Assembly (NCBI RefSeq): GCF_964204645.1
Contig: NC_134028.1
Coordinates: forward strand, 6,014,001-6,078,000
DNA from: Tubulanus polymorphus
Taxonomy: Eukaryota; Animalia; Nemertea
Direction: 5' to 3'
Length of the DNA stretch: 64,000 bases
The position numbers and the translations under genes are program-made. Shown here piece by piece: positions 13,776 to 27,138 of this stretch. Under the pieces are notes generated by a model. The model searched no databases and was not told the DNA's origin. It saw nothing but the letters and a program-made list of their open reading frames with translations. Every line of letters starts with the position of its first letter. The first letter of the stretch is position 1.

Positions 13776-16450
13776 TTATTCAATCTCCATCTGAAAACAG
13801 AACGAAGAAAACGATTAAAGAGAAGTTCTTCAATCAAGAAATTACAGTTCATTATGAATTGCTGAGAAACTATGTGCCGATTTTTTACATCTATTTTTAT
13901 TTCAACCCTTCGCTGAACAAAATAATAATCAAATGAATCGTTACTCCAAGGGCCAGTTCCAAGAACAGTCTAAGACTCTTAGTTCTACAGCTATCTAATT
14001 ACTTAAGACCAGTCTATGAAATGACCTCAGGTGAACCCCCAAGACAGGGCAATCCATACTCCAAAGCAAGGGTCGTACAAAATCTATCAAAATGCTAGGA
14101 CACGAACAATAATCAAAACAAACGGGATAAGATTCTCATGCAACTTAATCAAGTTAAGCTGAACAGCTGTATCAATGAGGAAAGGCTAAGCTCAGTTTGA
14201 TTCTACAAGTTGAAGGGATCTGCAGTACAGAGGAGTCGACTACTTACTTTTGAGTTGTATGCGTCTAATTGAGCGTCGAGTTCTTCGGCTGATAATTGTT
14301 TACGAGACGCGCGTCCACCTCCGGCACCTCTTCCCCTACCTCTTCCTCGCCCGGCACCTCCTCGCCTGCAAAAACAACCATGCGTTAAAATTCATACTCT
14401 TTTCTACATGTTGATTCATCAGTTGAATATTCTAGAACTATAACATTGGCAAATTGCGATTTAAGCATAGATTTCAAACATTTCCATACTCTGAAAACCC
14501 ACTTAGTAATCAATCGCTTTTCATGATTAATTCAATACAGTTTTTGAATGATCTTGAATGATTCAGAGCCAGTTTCATTAAACTAAGAACTTTACATTTC
14601 AAAAGAGCTACTTGAAATAAACGAATTTCGACAAAGCGACAACTAGTGTCAACTTGATGTAAATTTAAGCAGATTATAATGAAACATGTCATCAATGATT
14701 TTGAATGCACGTACGTTTGTCTAGTTCGAGCACCTCGGCCGGTTCTCGCTGCTGTTGCTGCCGCATTCAAAAACGGCGTATACGAATCGGTGACCTGATT
14801 ATTATTACCGGCTAGTTGAATTTTCATCGCTCGTCCTGGAAAAATATCAAATGAAACATAAATTAAAACTATTGCTTCCATTTAAGAAATAATCCCTATT
14901 ATCGTGCATCCATAGTTCAGTGACACGCTACAGTCAGTACACCCCAATACTGCCATTGCAATCAGTGTAACTTGAACTTGAGATAAAAGCAAATTAATTA
15001 ATTCAAATCAAGTTGAATTTTAACTAGATTGAAGAACTGACCAACCAGGTCCATCTTCCTCTGTCTAGTTTAGAGTTTAGAAGAGTTTTTACGTCCCAAC
15101 TGCAATTAGTTACAGTGTAACCCTAGTGGGTCTTAAGAGACGACCAGGGCTTTTTTATAGGTTGTTATGGCTCACAACTTGACTAAGTTAGCAGAGCTTA
15201 GTCCATATATGTGCCTCGACAGCCAACCCCAGATGTGGTTTCGAACTAGGGACCTCTTGGTTCCCAGTCCTCCACTCAACCAACTGAGCTAACTGCACAG
15301 GACCTAGCAGAATTAAAACTAGACCCCCAGACTTACCATCTAGAGGAACGTTATTATATTGTTTCATGGCTTTCACCGCGTCTGTATATCGTTCGAACAC
15401 GATATCAGCTTCTCCGAGAGATCGGCCCGACTGGTCGTAATGTACTGCTGCCTTCTTTAACGGTCCGAACTCGGCGAACAATTCCTACAATTTATAGATT
15501 CAGTATCTCATCAAATTATCCGGTCAACCGTGTACGAAGATGAGCCCAGAATATACTTAACCCCTTAGGGTTTCTAGCGGTAAGGCCAGGGTAAAAAGAA
15601 GTACTACGAAGAACTTTTTCGGCAAATTCAAGTGAATGCATATGTCCAAAACCGTGACCCTCGGGGAACAAACTTAAAAGATATGGCCAAAACCCTTAAG
15701 GGGTTGAAGGTTGATTCGGCGATTTAACGTTTTTCAAACTGACCTGAATATCAGAGTCGTTGACTCCGAAGTCTAAATTTTTTACCATCAGTTTACCCTG
15801 GTTACCACCACCGCCGCCGCCAGAGTTCATTCTTCTAATCGGACCGCTTCCACCGTCGAACATATCATGCTGCCACACGTCGGGGATTCCTCCTCGCTAC
15901 ACAAAATATATGAATGAAACATGAATTTAGTTCGGCTTTCACCACACAGGCACAGGCACGCAAAAGTGGCCTAACCTCAACAATAGTAATCTTGTCTATT
16001 TCTACCCGTATGCCATTACTTGCATAATCATATTACAATTAAAAAATGAAGTGAAGGCCCTGATTAGTTTCAACTATCTCATGATAAAGCTTTTTTGTGA
16101 AAATGAACTCGAAATGAAAGAAACTGTACCCCTTTTATTCTTGACTTAGTATTAACAGTTTTTGTAACAATTTTCGAGTTTTTTCTGTTTAGTTCACTTA
16201 CCCGAGTTGCTTGCGCTGAAAAACGCGCTCCTCTCGTTCGTTTTTGTATACCACCTCCGCGAGTTGCACCAGCACCAGTTCTACCACGGCGTCCGGCTCC
16301 TGTTGTTACACCACCGGCCCGACGTCCTCCTCGATTCCCACCTCTCTGTCCACCGCCAGTTCGAGCTCCTCCGCCTCTCTTCTTCGATTTTCTATTCAGG
16401 GCGATGATCTCGTCCAAGCTCATGTCGATTTTGTCGCCTTTTTCCGTCAT
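13776..16450 (-). CDS. ALYREF: THO complex subunit 4 / Aly/REF mRNA export factor, 267 aa
   Basis: Exons 16450-16202, 15896-15744, 15484-15337, 14835-14715, 14365-14248, 13790-13776. N-terminal [11 protein letters not shown] box, RGG region, WQHDMF motif, RRM ([24 protein letters not shown]...[14 protein letters not shown]...[11 protein letters not shown]) and C-terminal [14 protein letters not shown] box. Confidence 0.97.
15225..15297 (-). pseudogene. tRNA-derived SINE head or tRNA pseudogene in ALYREF intron 3
   Basis: Minus strand GCAGTTAGCTCAGTTGGTTGAGTGGAGGACTGGGAACCAAGAGGTCCCTAGTTCGAAACC has an A box and a B box, but the acceptor and T stems do not pair. Confidence 0.65.
15557..15707. 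mobile_element. piggyBac-like MITE in ALYREF intron 2
   Basis: TTAA-CCCCTTAGGGTTT ... AAACCCTTAAGGGG-TTGA: CCC/GGG termini with a TTAA-type flank (one mismatch). Confidence 0.6.
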
Positions 16451-16513
16451 TTTCGCGGCGAATTGTTGTTAATTTGAGGCGACAAAAAGAAGAATTTCAA
16501 CGTGACAAAAGTT

Positions 16514-16522
16514 AAAATGGCG
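16514..16522 (-). promoter_or_regulatory. YY1-type motif (CGCCATTTT) about 65 nt upstream of the ALYREF ATG
   Basis: AAAATGGCG on the + strand. Motif match and position only. Confidence 0.4.
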
Positions 16523-18200
16523 TTCACGCTGAAATGATACTGTGTTCAGTCGCTAGGTGGCGGAACGAGACGGTTGCGTTGAATGCGGCGGTTAGTTTGC
16601 GGGGCCGGATCGACACCGGGGACTGCTACCGCGCTTGGCTGACTAGAAATATGAGTTCTATTGTCAAAGTACTACTCAGCCTGAGTGCTGTTTTGAGCAC
16701 GCAATGGTCCTTAATAGCGTCAGTGAATGCTTCGGTTCAGTGTTCTGCCCGAAAAAATGTTTCAAAAAATGTTGCTGAGTGACAAACCTTCGGGAGTAAT
16801 CATTGAATAGCCCTTTGCAATTTGAGATAATTATTCGTAGGTCCTAATGAGGTCCACCAAGGGACAAACTACCGGAGAGTAGCAAATGAACTTTTGAACT
16901 GAAATTTCTTCCACGTCTCACTGGCCGGGTACTACTACATTTCAGCACCAGTATCCATCTAAAACAAATACAAACCGATACCGCAGATCATCGCATAGCG
17001 AATCATTGAAATACAAATGATGAACATTTAGAAATAATGAAACACAAATATTTACTGTCGTGCGAATGAAATGCAGTATTTGACAAAACTGTAGCGAGTG
17101 GAAGGCCTATTTCATAGGTTGCATTAGCGCTAAGCGATGAGTGCTGCTTTTTTACTATTCATGAGTCTGTTGCCCGGAGGTAAATCTGATATCAAAACAG
17201 ATTTTTTTTCGTGGAATACGAAGCCAGTATTACCGGTACGTATTATTTTGCACGCGATGTCTGCAAATTTTTCGGAAACGCCAAGAGAAGGGCCCCATTA
17301 AATAAAACATTATGTTCTTTATCAATGTGCATTTGATGGTGCGAAGGGAACTTTGTTTGTAACACTTTTTGAAATTATCAGCGCGAAAATTGTACATATT
17401 TCAACACTACAAGGTTCGATATGCTGTTTGCAGATGGTCATACATAATGTACGTATCATACCTACTGTATTAGCAGAAACTCTGTGAGAGAAATTGAAGA
17501 CAATACATATTAATGTTTATGTACGACGGACGTATGAATATTTCATCTGATTTGTGTGCACCGTCGACTGAAACACGATTGAAATGGTTCTATATTTCGA
17601 TGAGATATCACAGGGTGACTTGATTAATTAACGTCGCATACGTGGACTGAGCGTTGGAGAGTTGCGGTTCCGTCGCGGAAAATCGATGCAGTATGGTCAC
17701 CCGTCTCAAAAAACTTCAAAAACTTTGAAATAGGGACGTCATAATAATTTCATAAGGAGGTCAAATTAAATCTACTTCAAAAGAAGAGAAATTAAAATCC
17801 CATTAGGTATTGGTGTGTATCGATTATAGAACCATGCTTAAGAATGCGGACTTATATAAAGAGATCTGTTTATAAGAATAGAACGGGCTCGCGCTTATGT
17901 GACAACGGCGTGGTGGTTATAGGGTGACATACCAGTTCCGCCTGTGTGATTTTCGCTACTATATACAGATCTTTATATCATGAATTGTAGGTGCGGTCGC
18001 TAGATCGAGTTTGACGACGTACTACCGTAAATTCTTCAAGGCAGCCAGTATCTGGTGACTATTGGCGACTGTGTAATGAAATTATCAACAATTCGGTGTT
18101 CATAACAATTTAGAGATATTACAGTTATTTGGAGTTATTTGGATTTCACCTTCAACTCGGATGATATTGAGTTAATACATACTGGAATATCTTGTGAAAA

Positions 18201-20090
18201 ATGGGTAGCTCGGTGAATCTAGGGATCGCTGTTGTTTTAACAGTCCTGTCGTTGCTGGCAGTGGCCCTGTGTTTCGCTACGGATCACTGGGCAATGTGGA
18301 TGGTGCAAGAGGAACAAATGAAGAATTCGGCCGATGCTAATATCGCGCAGGAATTCAACAAAAAGCCCGAATACCATACGCGTCATTGGGGAATGTTCCG
18401 AGTGTGTTTTCCATCGAATAACACCGAATGTAAGTGAAATTTAAAATAAAAAAACTAAATCAACTTGTGGAATTGTATTATCACTACATGTATAACAAAG
18501 AACTGGGATTTGTTTATTCTAATCAATTTGAGGTCGAAAACAAACTTGTTGAGCTTCCACACGGTCAGTCAATTCTTGAATTACACTATCTTATGGCCAG
18601 CGAATTCATTTAGAAAACGTGTTTATAATGATTTAGATTTAGTGTAAAATAAACATAAACTGGACTCTCAATGCAAATTTTACAAGCAATACAAATATAT
18701 ATGTACGTATTCACGATGTTGAATGGTAGGATGTTTATGATGTGTAATTTTTCTCTTCCAGTTCTTAACAATTATCAAGTTGTCGATGGAAATTGTATAA
18801 GCATGAATTATGAGCTTCCAGAAACTGCCGCCTCGGTGTCAAAATCGGAAAATTACTGGACTCGGATACGTAAGTTTTAGCTAATTATAGAACATAGTGT
18901 CCACGTGAACGGAATACCTTAATGTGGCTGACAAACTATCTTTAGTTCAGACGACCAAGATCGCCACTACTGTATCTAAGTCCAGCAACGGCAAGAATTT
19001 TCTGCCAACAAAAAAAGTTATATTAAGTTTTTAGTTGGGAATTCTATTTTTCTCTAGATGATTTCCTCTGCTAAGCTTTGCCCTCACGATTTTCCTCTAG
19101 AATATTTGATAAATCATTTTGGGCAACCAGCGATTCACACAATATTCTCTACGGCATTTCCAGACCCGAACCTTCTTCTGGTGAAAGATATGAATTTTTT
19201 TTCATTTCAGATTTATTGCGATGTCAGTTCGCATTTCTAGTAGTCGGTATGTTAATGCATGTGTTTGCTTTTACGACCGGTACCTGGGCGTGTTGGAAGG
19301 TCAGCCAGGGCGGATCGTTCATCGGAGGACTATGTGATTTGGTTGGAGGTATGCTGTTTAATGCACTCTCTCAACTGAATTAATCATTCTTTCTCTCACA
19401 AATCAAATTAACTTCTAGAGATCTTAAATTCAATTCATAATCGGCGGTTGTCACATCTTCTTCGATGGTTACACGATGCTAGGTTAACATAATTGAAATA
19501 TGACCATCAATGTTTATCACCAATTCTAGGCTTACTGGTTGGTGGCGCAATGGCCTGCTTCCATGGTATAGATTACTTAGAAAGGAACAAAATAAAAGAC
19601 GCCGGGTTTTGCCTGACCTGGCCAAAGGTATACTCAGCACCATTTCGTTTATCTTGAAAATATTATTCGTCATTCTCAATGTCAAAGTTCTGATTTTATG
19701 TATTCTGACTGTTCATTAGTGCCTATAAGTACTTAAGATTTCTTTCTTGAATAGGCATTGAAAGATGGTTCAACATTTATGTTAGCTTGGTCATACATGC
19801 TGGGTTGGATTGCCTGTGGACTGGGGCTATTAGGCGCCCTGTTTTACCTCGTCGAATCGTGCCACATCTCGAGCAAGAAGAAAACCGCCCGACGTCGAAA
19901 AGCTGATGTGATCAACCGATTTTTGGACTACGAAGACCGCAGATCGCAGATAAGCACACTACCCCGCAGTGCCATCACTGATAACCACCATAAAAAGCGA
20001 AATAGTCCTTACGAGGATAACTGGGAGAACGCGAATAGACTGGTCCCGGTCTTAGTTTACGACAAAAACGATCCCGGTACCCGGTATTGA
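18201..20090 (+). CDS. Claudin/PMP22/EMP superfamily four-transmembrane protein, about 302 aa
   Basis: Exons 18201-18429, 18762-18869, 19211-19348, 19530-19627, 19755-20090 join in frame. TM1 is followed by ATDHW, the HWGMFRVC...C extracellular signature, three more hydrophobic helices, the AWSYMLGW pre-TM4 motif and a cytoplasmic tail. Confidence 0.85.
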
Positions 20091-20545
20091 CCGAACGATT
20101 CGACACTTCCTGGTGTTAAAACAAAGGAATGCCAAGAGTATCATGATATAAAACATTATAAATATCTAATGAACCATAAATATAAACACAAGGAGGAAAT
20201 CAAAATCAGTTAAGAATTGTGTAAAATAAATCTATTTGTATATGTATTACATGTATAGTCTTTCGCATAATCATTGATAAATATGAAAGTATTGCACAAC
20301 AATCGCAGTTGGGATTTTTTTTTGGAAAGTTAATTGGATTCATAATTCATTGATTTAAAGCTACACGGGCTTTTCGTAGATTTTCCTTCAGAAAACAAAT
20401 GCTCGTAATTAAAAGAGATACCGAGATTCATCTACCTCTACATATGTAGATGTGCCTGTTGGGTAAAGCGCCATCTCTTTTCAGAAGGCCTTTTCGATGA
20501 GGTTACTAGTGAAAGAATTTTTCTTTCGCCTTTGTCCATCACCAA

Positions 20546-23497
20546 TCACTGTCCGTTGGATATAATGCTAATTCTTTCCTTCAATCTTATCAGTAGATCT
20601 TCTTTCGTGTACTTTCTGAGTTCTGCAAGCTGAATCCAGCCACGTCTGGCGGTGACCAGCACGTAATCGTTACTGGGGTCGCGACTGTACGCGTGAGCCC
20701 CCATCACCAGCGACTGGGCGTAACGAGCCGCTACCAATACGGGTACCATTGACATTTCAAGGTCATTGAGTGGCGCGTAACTTAAATACCCCGCTAAACA
20801 TTGCGCGCAAACTTCTAAAACATCAAAGTTAGCCACAGCAACGGAACTGGAACAATATGCCATCATAATGGCGACGTCCACTACCCTATACGATGTGTTA
20901 ATACAACCAAAATCCAGTATTCCTGAAAGTCTGGCTACTTTATTTCCGTCAGTGTCGATTACGGTATCTATGAGGATGTTCTGCTCGCTGAAATCTCCAT
21001 GAATCATTACTTGAAATAGAGAAATATACAGTGACGACTAAATATATAGCACGTTTTATAAAGCTAAAATCAATTAAACCATCACTCCAGATGATTTATT
21101 AATTCATATGAAAGATACCGTCGTTCTATCTAATATTTTAAATCTTAAGGTCTAAATAGCATATTTTTGCCATAGAAGATAAATCCATAGAAGAACAAAC
21201 ATTCGTGTCATTTTTCATGTATATATCTTGTTGAAATCAATAAGTCGAACGTTTTTGGGTGAACATAATATACCCCTTATCAAAACAAGTCACAAATGAT
21301 GTAAAACTACAGTATACGTTAAGATATGAAATTACAAAAACAGGTCAATACGATGCTAATAAAATTGTTTGTATTGGAAAATAATCTTTCTCACCTTTCT
21401 TTAGTTTTTGAAAATGTGTTAACACAGATTCTAAATCTGTGAATACATCACTAACAAGTTGTCGTCGTATTGGGTCGGCAATGGCGTGCATGTATTTACG
21501 GACTCGGTATGCTTGCGTAAGATCCCAAATCGTCTGAGGCATTTTACATTCTATATCCTGAAACAACAACAAACCGAAAATGACAATGGTCATCAATTCC
21601 GTAGTTATGAATTTATTATGATTTAGTCCATTGGTAAATGAACTAGCCACATTGGAAAAAAATCGTTTAATAATCTATATCAATCATTATAAATTATTTG
21701 TCAATAAGTCCGTTTTGTTGGTTGCCGATTCGGGTCAAGTAAGAAATGATAATTCCGCGCAATACGCCATGCAAGGAAATCGTTTCGATTTGGGGTCCGT
21801 TTTCGCAGAAACGCGCAAAACGAGCGAAGCTTCGTTCCTGCGTCCGTTTCTGCGCGTAATTGTGCGGAATTTATTCTCATTGGCCCGAATCTATCACCAA
21901 AGGATAGGCATCGAACACACAAAACTCTACGAGGTGGTTAGATTTGTGTTCGTTTCTGTTGGGAAAAATCGTTTCTACCTCTATGACGCGGTCCATCCTA
22001 GCACACGTGGCTCCAATTTCAAACAGTAATTCCGGTGTAACGTCGTTGACCTCGTCAAATATTGTTCCAGGAATGAAGGTCACAATCCGAACCATGAACT
22101 CACTGAATTTAGTGTGTTCTTTCGCATCTGAAATACAAGCGTAGGAAACGTAGGTAAAATCGAATGGTTTATTCGTAACTACTGAAATACTCTCGCCGTG
22201 TTTTTTTTCATATTGTTGGTTTTTCTTCAATTCAATTAGATAGTTACTTGTCTATTGAAACCAAAAATCAAAGTTGTGGTCGCCTTACAGTAAAACGGTA
22301 AATCTAAAGATATACGGTAGATCTAAAGACACATCGAAAGCATGTGTACAATTACTTCGCAATTACTGAAAATCAAACATCAATGAAAGTGACTACCCGG
22401 AGTGACTAATAAAAAGGTGGGTTTTGTAGATCTTTTAATTAAAAGTATCGTTCCAACAAGCCAAGAAGGAACTATTGGTGCTTGACTAAATGACGATGAT
22501 ATTTGCGTTGGGTTTCGTAATTCGACTTGATTCTATTTTGTTCATTTCCTAAGGCTAAGCATTGGACATAAGAATTACCCTTCTGTAAAACACCATTCGC
22601 ATATACTCGCTCCATCGAATAATAAACACCGCTGGAGGTAAGAACAGGAGCCTGCACTGGGAAGTTATTTTCCGATAACCTCTTCATTATCTTTATCTGA
22701 GCAGCTGGATAAAGAAATAACACGAAAACCAAACATAAATAATCTTATTTGAAAACGATGTTTGTGGTGTGTTGGTTCAGAATATATACGTATATACACG
22801 TGAAGATCATTTTTTAGAAAACAACTCTACTAGAGTGTTAGAAATTTTGTATTGAAAAAAAAGAATCATCTGAGCTCTATTCCCTGTGTTTTTAATCAAT
22901 TATGTAAACAATTATTTGTCGGTACGTGTATACATGCATGCAATGAATAAAACGAAATCATATATGCAAGAGCTACATTTTCGACCCGGGTTTTTTCGAT
23001 CCAGGTCTAATGCCCACCCGTCCTAAATTTCAATTAAAGCAAGTACTGCTCCTATTTTGTCGATGGTTTGGTGGCTCAGGAAGTATGGAAAAATATAAAT
23101 CGTGAAAACGTGAACTTGGGTATAATTTTCATAATCAATATCGAGATATCTTAATCTGGCGATCTCTCTCGAAATTCAATTTCAACCCTGGTCTCACGTC
23201 TAATGTCTGGACGACCAACCGGCCGGGTCGAAAATGCTAGTGTAGACACAGATAGTTACCAAACATATCGGTATTTTTTGAATCGAGAGAATTGACCACT
23301 TTGAATACATATCCCTCAGGACAAAGACGGAGGATGTTCTGATTTGAGAATTGGTCGTCGACTTCTATGTAATAGTTTTTGTCGAAGTAACCGGAAAAGG
23401 TTTTGATCTTGCGCACGTTCAGTCCGTAGAGCTTTTCGACGACTTCGCGAATTTGCGCTTCGGTCAATTCCGGAATTTCCTTCGGTGAGTCCACCAT
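20546..23497 (-). CDS. HYKK: Hydroxylysine kinase-like (APH/choline kinase fold), about 379 aa
   Basis: Exons 23497-23260, 22704-22579, 22127-21979, 21557-21395, 21009-20546. Motifs LYGL..KTFSGYFDKNY, GYVFKVVNSLDS, VRIVTFIPG, IWDL, MIHGDFSEQNIL, GILDFG and ARYAQSLVMGA...DPSNDYVLVTARRGW. Confidence 0.88.
21706..21910. mobile_element. Foldback/MITE in HYKK intron 3
   Basis: Inverted blocks gattcgggtcaa/ttggcccgaatc and aattccgcgcaat/attgtgcggaatt, with inner gcagaaacg/cgtttctgc. Confidence 0.65.
22976..23236. mobile_element. MITE with CATTTTCGACCCGG terminal inverted repeats in the first HYKK coding intron
   Basis: 14-bp perfect inverted pair cattttcgacccgg / ccgggtcgaaaatg. Confidence 0.65.
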
Positions 23498-26156
23498 TGC
23501 CTGCTGTAAAACTTAATCTGAAATAGAGCACGTCGCGCACAAACTTTTTACGGAAGATCTAATAGGAATCTCTAATCTAGCTGACGCTAATTTGTAGAAT
23601 TGAAGTGATACAAACTTTGCTTAATTGTCAAATCTTTGAAATCTATGATATACAAGATGAACTTCAGAAAATATCTTTGATATTGCTTTGCTATAGTAAC
23701 GTTAAATTGTCTAAATAGAAATTGATTACGAAAGATATGATTTGACATGTTTTCAATTGGTTAAATCACAGTTAATAGAATATATAATAGCATTTTATAA
23801 TCAGAATAGTAATTAGTGGAGAAATGAAGGCTAATATACATGTCTCTTCATTAGAAATTCATTAGAAATTCAGCTACAATGTTCCATCAAAACCATTTAC
23901 CTTCAGTGAATAGTGGTGATTCGTGAGCCTGGTCCTGTGAAAATGAAGTGATTTGTAATTTGTCATATAACCTAGATAGTCGCGTTTAGTAATTAACTGC
24001 TAGGATAGTATGTTAGCACAAAAACGTCAAGGGGACATTGTTTTTAATGGGGACAGTTAGTAACCCATTTAGTATTCTTGATTTACCGTATTTAAGCAGA
24101 AAATCGCAATGATTGTTACATGTATATCACAAAATTATATCTCTTAATTGCTTTGATAATGACAATAACACAGTTTACAAAATGACTTTTTTAAACACAC
24201 GAATAAAACGGTCGATTTATACGGTGAGTATGGACTAATGCAACTTTTTTTAGCTCGACTTGAAATTTGACTTGTTGTTCCATTAATGAGCATTAACTAT
24301 GCTGATACACCACGTCGACTTGTATACCGGCAACGGTAATATTTCTTCCGTTTTAGAATTAACCCCAAACTCGAAGAAAAATATTCTTCCATTCATTTAT
24401 CTTTTTGGGTTTTATGGAAGGGAAGCGTGTTTAGGATTTTAACCCGAATTTCTTAGAGAAAAACAAGCAATTTTCCCTAATAAATATATTGATATTTTTC
24501 TCAAAAAGCATTCCCCATTTATGAACAAGGGCTGATGCTACTAAGATGGCTGAGTAAAATATCAAGAAGCCCGTATAGTGAACTTGGGATGGATGAATTG
24601 ACAAATCTGTCGGACACACTTTAGGTACCGTGTAATATTCCCTCCGTCCGTCGTCCAGCCGGCGTTTGTTTTAAATTGCTACTAAGTCCGACAGTTTTAA
24701 CGCAATAGCTTTCATCAGTTACTTTTAGAAACGAAACTAACGCGTACAGCAATTTGTGCAATTGCAATAAACTAGAATTTTCTGGGATAAAATCATATAA
24801 CCTCACTCACCTAAGTATTGATTATTGATCTGACTCGAATTGAGTATAGTCAAGATTGAAGTTGGTCATCAATTCTAGACCAGTTATGTTTGTAGTTAAG
24901 ATTAGTACTTACGTCGTTGGTTCGTTGTTGTTTTTTTTCGTCTGCCAACCTGGGAATCGACGACTTTTTGTGGCGAAAATCTACGTTAATTAATAATAGT
25001 CTTGGCAGAAAATCCGAAAACCGATTATACTCTAGGCCAGTTAAAAGCGAAGAAGACGGCTACGAAGGAACAAAAATAACTAAGTTTGAAGAAGAACTAT
25101 GGAGCTACGAGTTGTATAGATTAAAGTACTGATCTAATGCATATTCCCAGGAGAGAGGGGAGGGTTCAAATGCTGTACACTCTTACAGGATACAAGGTTG
25201 GAACTTTATGATGTTTGCGTACATCAAGGATATACATGAATTTACGAGTTAGAATTAAGATAGGCCTCGTTTTCTCCCAGTTCACGTCATAGTGCTTTAC
25301 TTATCAAATTTTCTATTGTTGCTCAATCAAGAAGACTGTCGAGTAGTATGTAGATTTTCGGTTGAGAATTAAATGTATAGTAAAACCACAGCAGAATCAC
25401 AACAATCAAAAACTTAATAACTGAATAATTGCGTAGAGAACGTATTTTCTGTTTGAAATAACAAATTCTAGTCTTTTTTTAATGTTCACGAATAATAAAC
25501 GGTTTTTCAGTAACACTGAGAGCAGATAATTACTTTCATGTGGAAAGGGAAATCTCAAGATGTACATCTGCAACTTATACTGTATCAATGGGTTTTGCTA
25601 CTGTACTGATTTTCTGCATCTGTTACATTCATACATGTAGCTATTGAGAGAAAATTTTACTCAGAGTGACTAATTGAAAATGTACTCTGGAGTCAAATCT
25701 TACATTACCAAGAACTGTGGAACTGCTTCCTATGGATCGTTCGTACTACAGTGGTGTCGACGAAAATAGAAAGATCGCGATCATAGTGAAAATGAAAGGA
25801 AACGACTGTTTGATTAGTTCTGTTAATCTTTATTCGGATACAATTGTTGAACATTATGGTGCCTGTATGACAATACAATACACTACACAAACATAAAACA
25901 AAATAAAGAAAAAAAATAAAATACTGTAAACTTTAATATACAATCTCTTAGGACCTGAGTTTATTTACAATGTTATGTTTTCATTCATTATGTATAAGTA
26001 TATTTGCAATATAATTTATATATCTATCGGTGTATTTCACGTCCGTTGAAGACAAAACATCTCTCTTGAAATTCCCGACACTGAACCGATTAATTTTTCT
26101 CGGCTGCCCGATCCGATCTATACTGGCAATTTCATATCGTCAGATGATGTTTCCCA

Positions 26157-26342
26157 TTAAAGCTCAACGCACACGACACGGAGAAACAAAGAAACATAGA
26201 AAAATCAAACATGTATCATCCTTGGAAACATTGAAGATTGCTTCTCGCTTCTCGTTCACGCACACGACATAGGGAAACGCTCGGAAACATGTTTATGTAT
26301 CCTGTTTCCGTGTTTCCCTGCGTCGTGTGCGTTGGGCTTTAA
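26157..26342. mobile_element. TTAA-flanked MITE (Kolobok-like termini) in the BMP3 3' region
   Basis: TTAA-AGCTCAACGCACACGACACG ... GCGTCGTGTGCGTTGGGCT-TTAA, with an internal third copy of acgcacacgaca near 26258. Confidence 0.75.
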
Positions 26343-27138
26343 GGTCAATCGTTGTTGAACCCAGCCCTGGGATGCGAGCCCTGTACCAACAACGTATCAT
26401 TACTCCGATGAAAAACTTCGTTGATCTATTTACAATGATTGATAATATACATCTAAGTACGTGCACAGATATTGAAAAGATATGATACCCGCGTTGAGAA
26501 TATAGCTAAACGATAATATGCAATATGACAACAGACGAAAACCGCTTCAAGACGAAATATCACATCTTACAAAACCGATGGTAGTTGGGTTTATAAGGAG
26601 CCAGTTGCGAGGTCAGATTTTAGATAAGCTTGTCATCGGGTAGAGCTGTGGTTTGTGTTGATGCCTATATCACGAAACGAAACCCGAGACACAGTCCCGA
26701 CTGATTCAAAACCTGCCCGAGTTTATCGATTTCGGTTTTTATAGCCAATCTAGATCAATTTCAAATTCTAAAACAATTTTCCATCGAGGTTACGACCGAC
26801 CGCGCAACTTAGGGCTCTTGGGTTAAGAGATGCAATTTTCACAAATATTAGATACGACTTGAACATGATAGGATATCCCTTATATTATAGAGAATCCGTA
26901 ACTACATTAGATCTTATACGTGGTAAACGGGTGCTGGGCATTGTTTTAAAATGGTTTTAGGTTATAAGGCTATACCCACAGTAATGTTCGCATTTTTGCA
27001 CACAACAACCCGATTTCTAGGTTCCGGTATTTGCAGCGCTATCCCGGGCAGTGTCAAACGATTTCGAGCATGTTAATTTTGTGCGAGTTTTTCGACGAGG
27101 ATTCATTCCGTCAAAAGTTTTTTTGTCTTATTACGTTT

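Noticed and set aside
14563-14696. Possible C/D box snoRNA in ALYREF intron 4 (TGATGA...CTGA on the minus strand)
   Set aside because: No terminal stem, no recognisable rRNA guide, and it overlaps a MITE-like end.
15225-15297. Functional tRNA-Pro(GGG)
   Set aside because: Acceptor and T stems do not pair, and a GGG anticodon is atypical for eukaryotes; treated as SINE or pseudogene.
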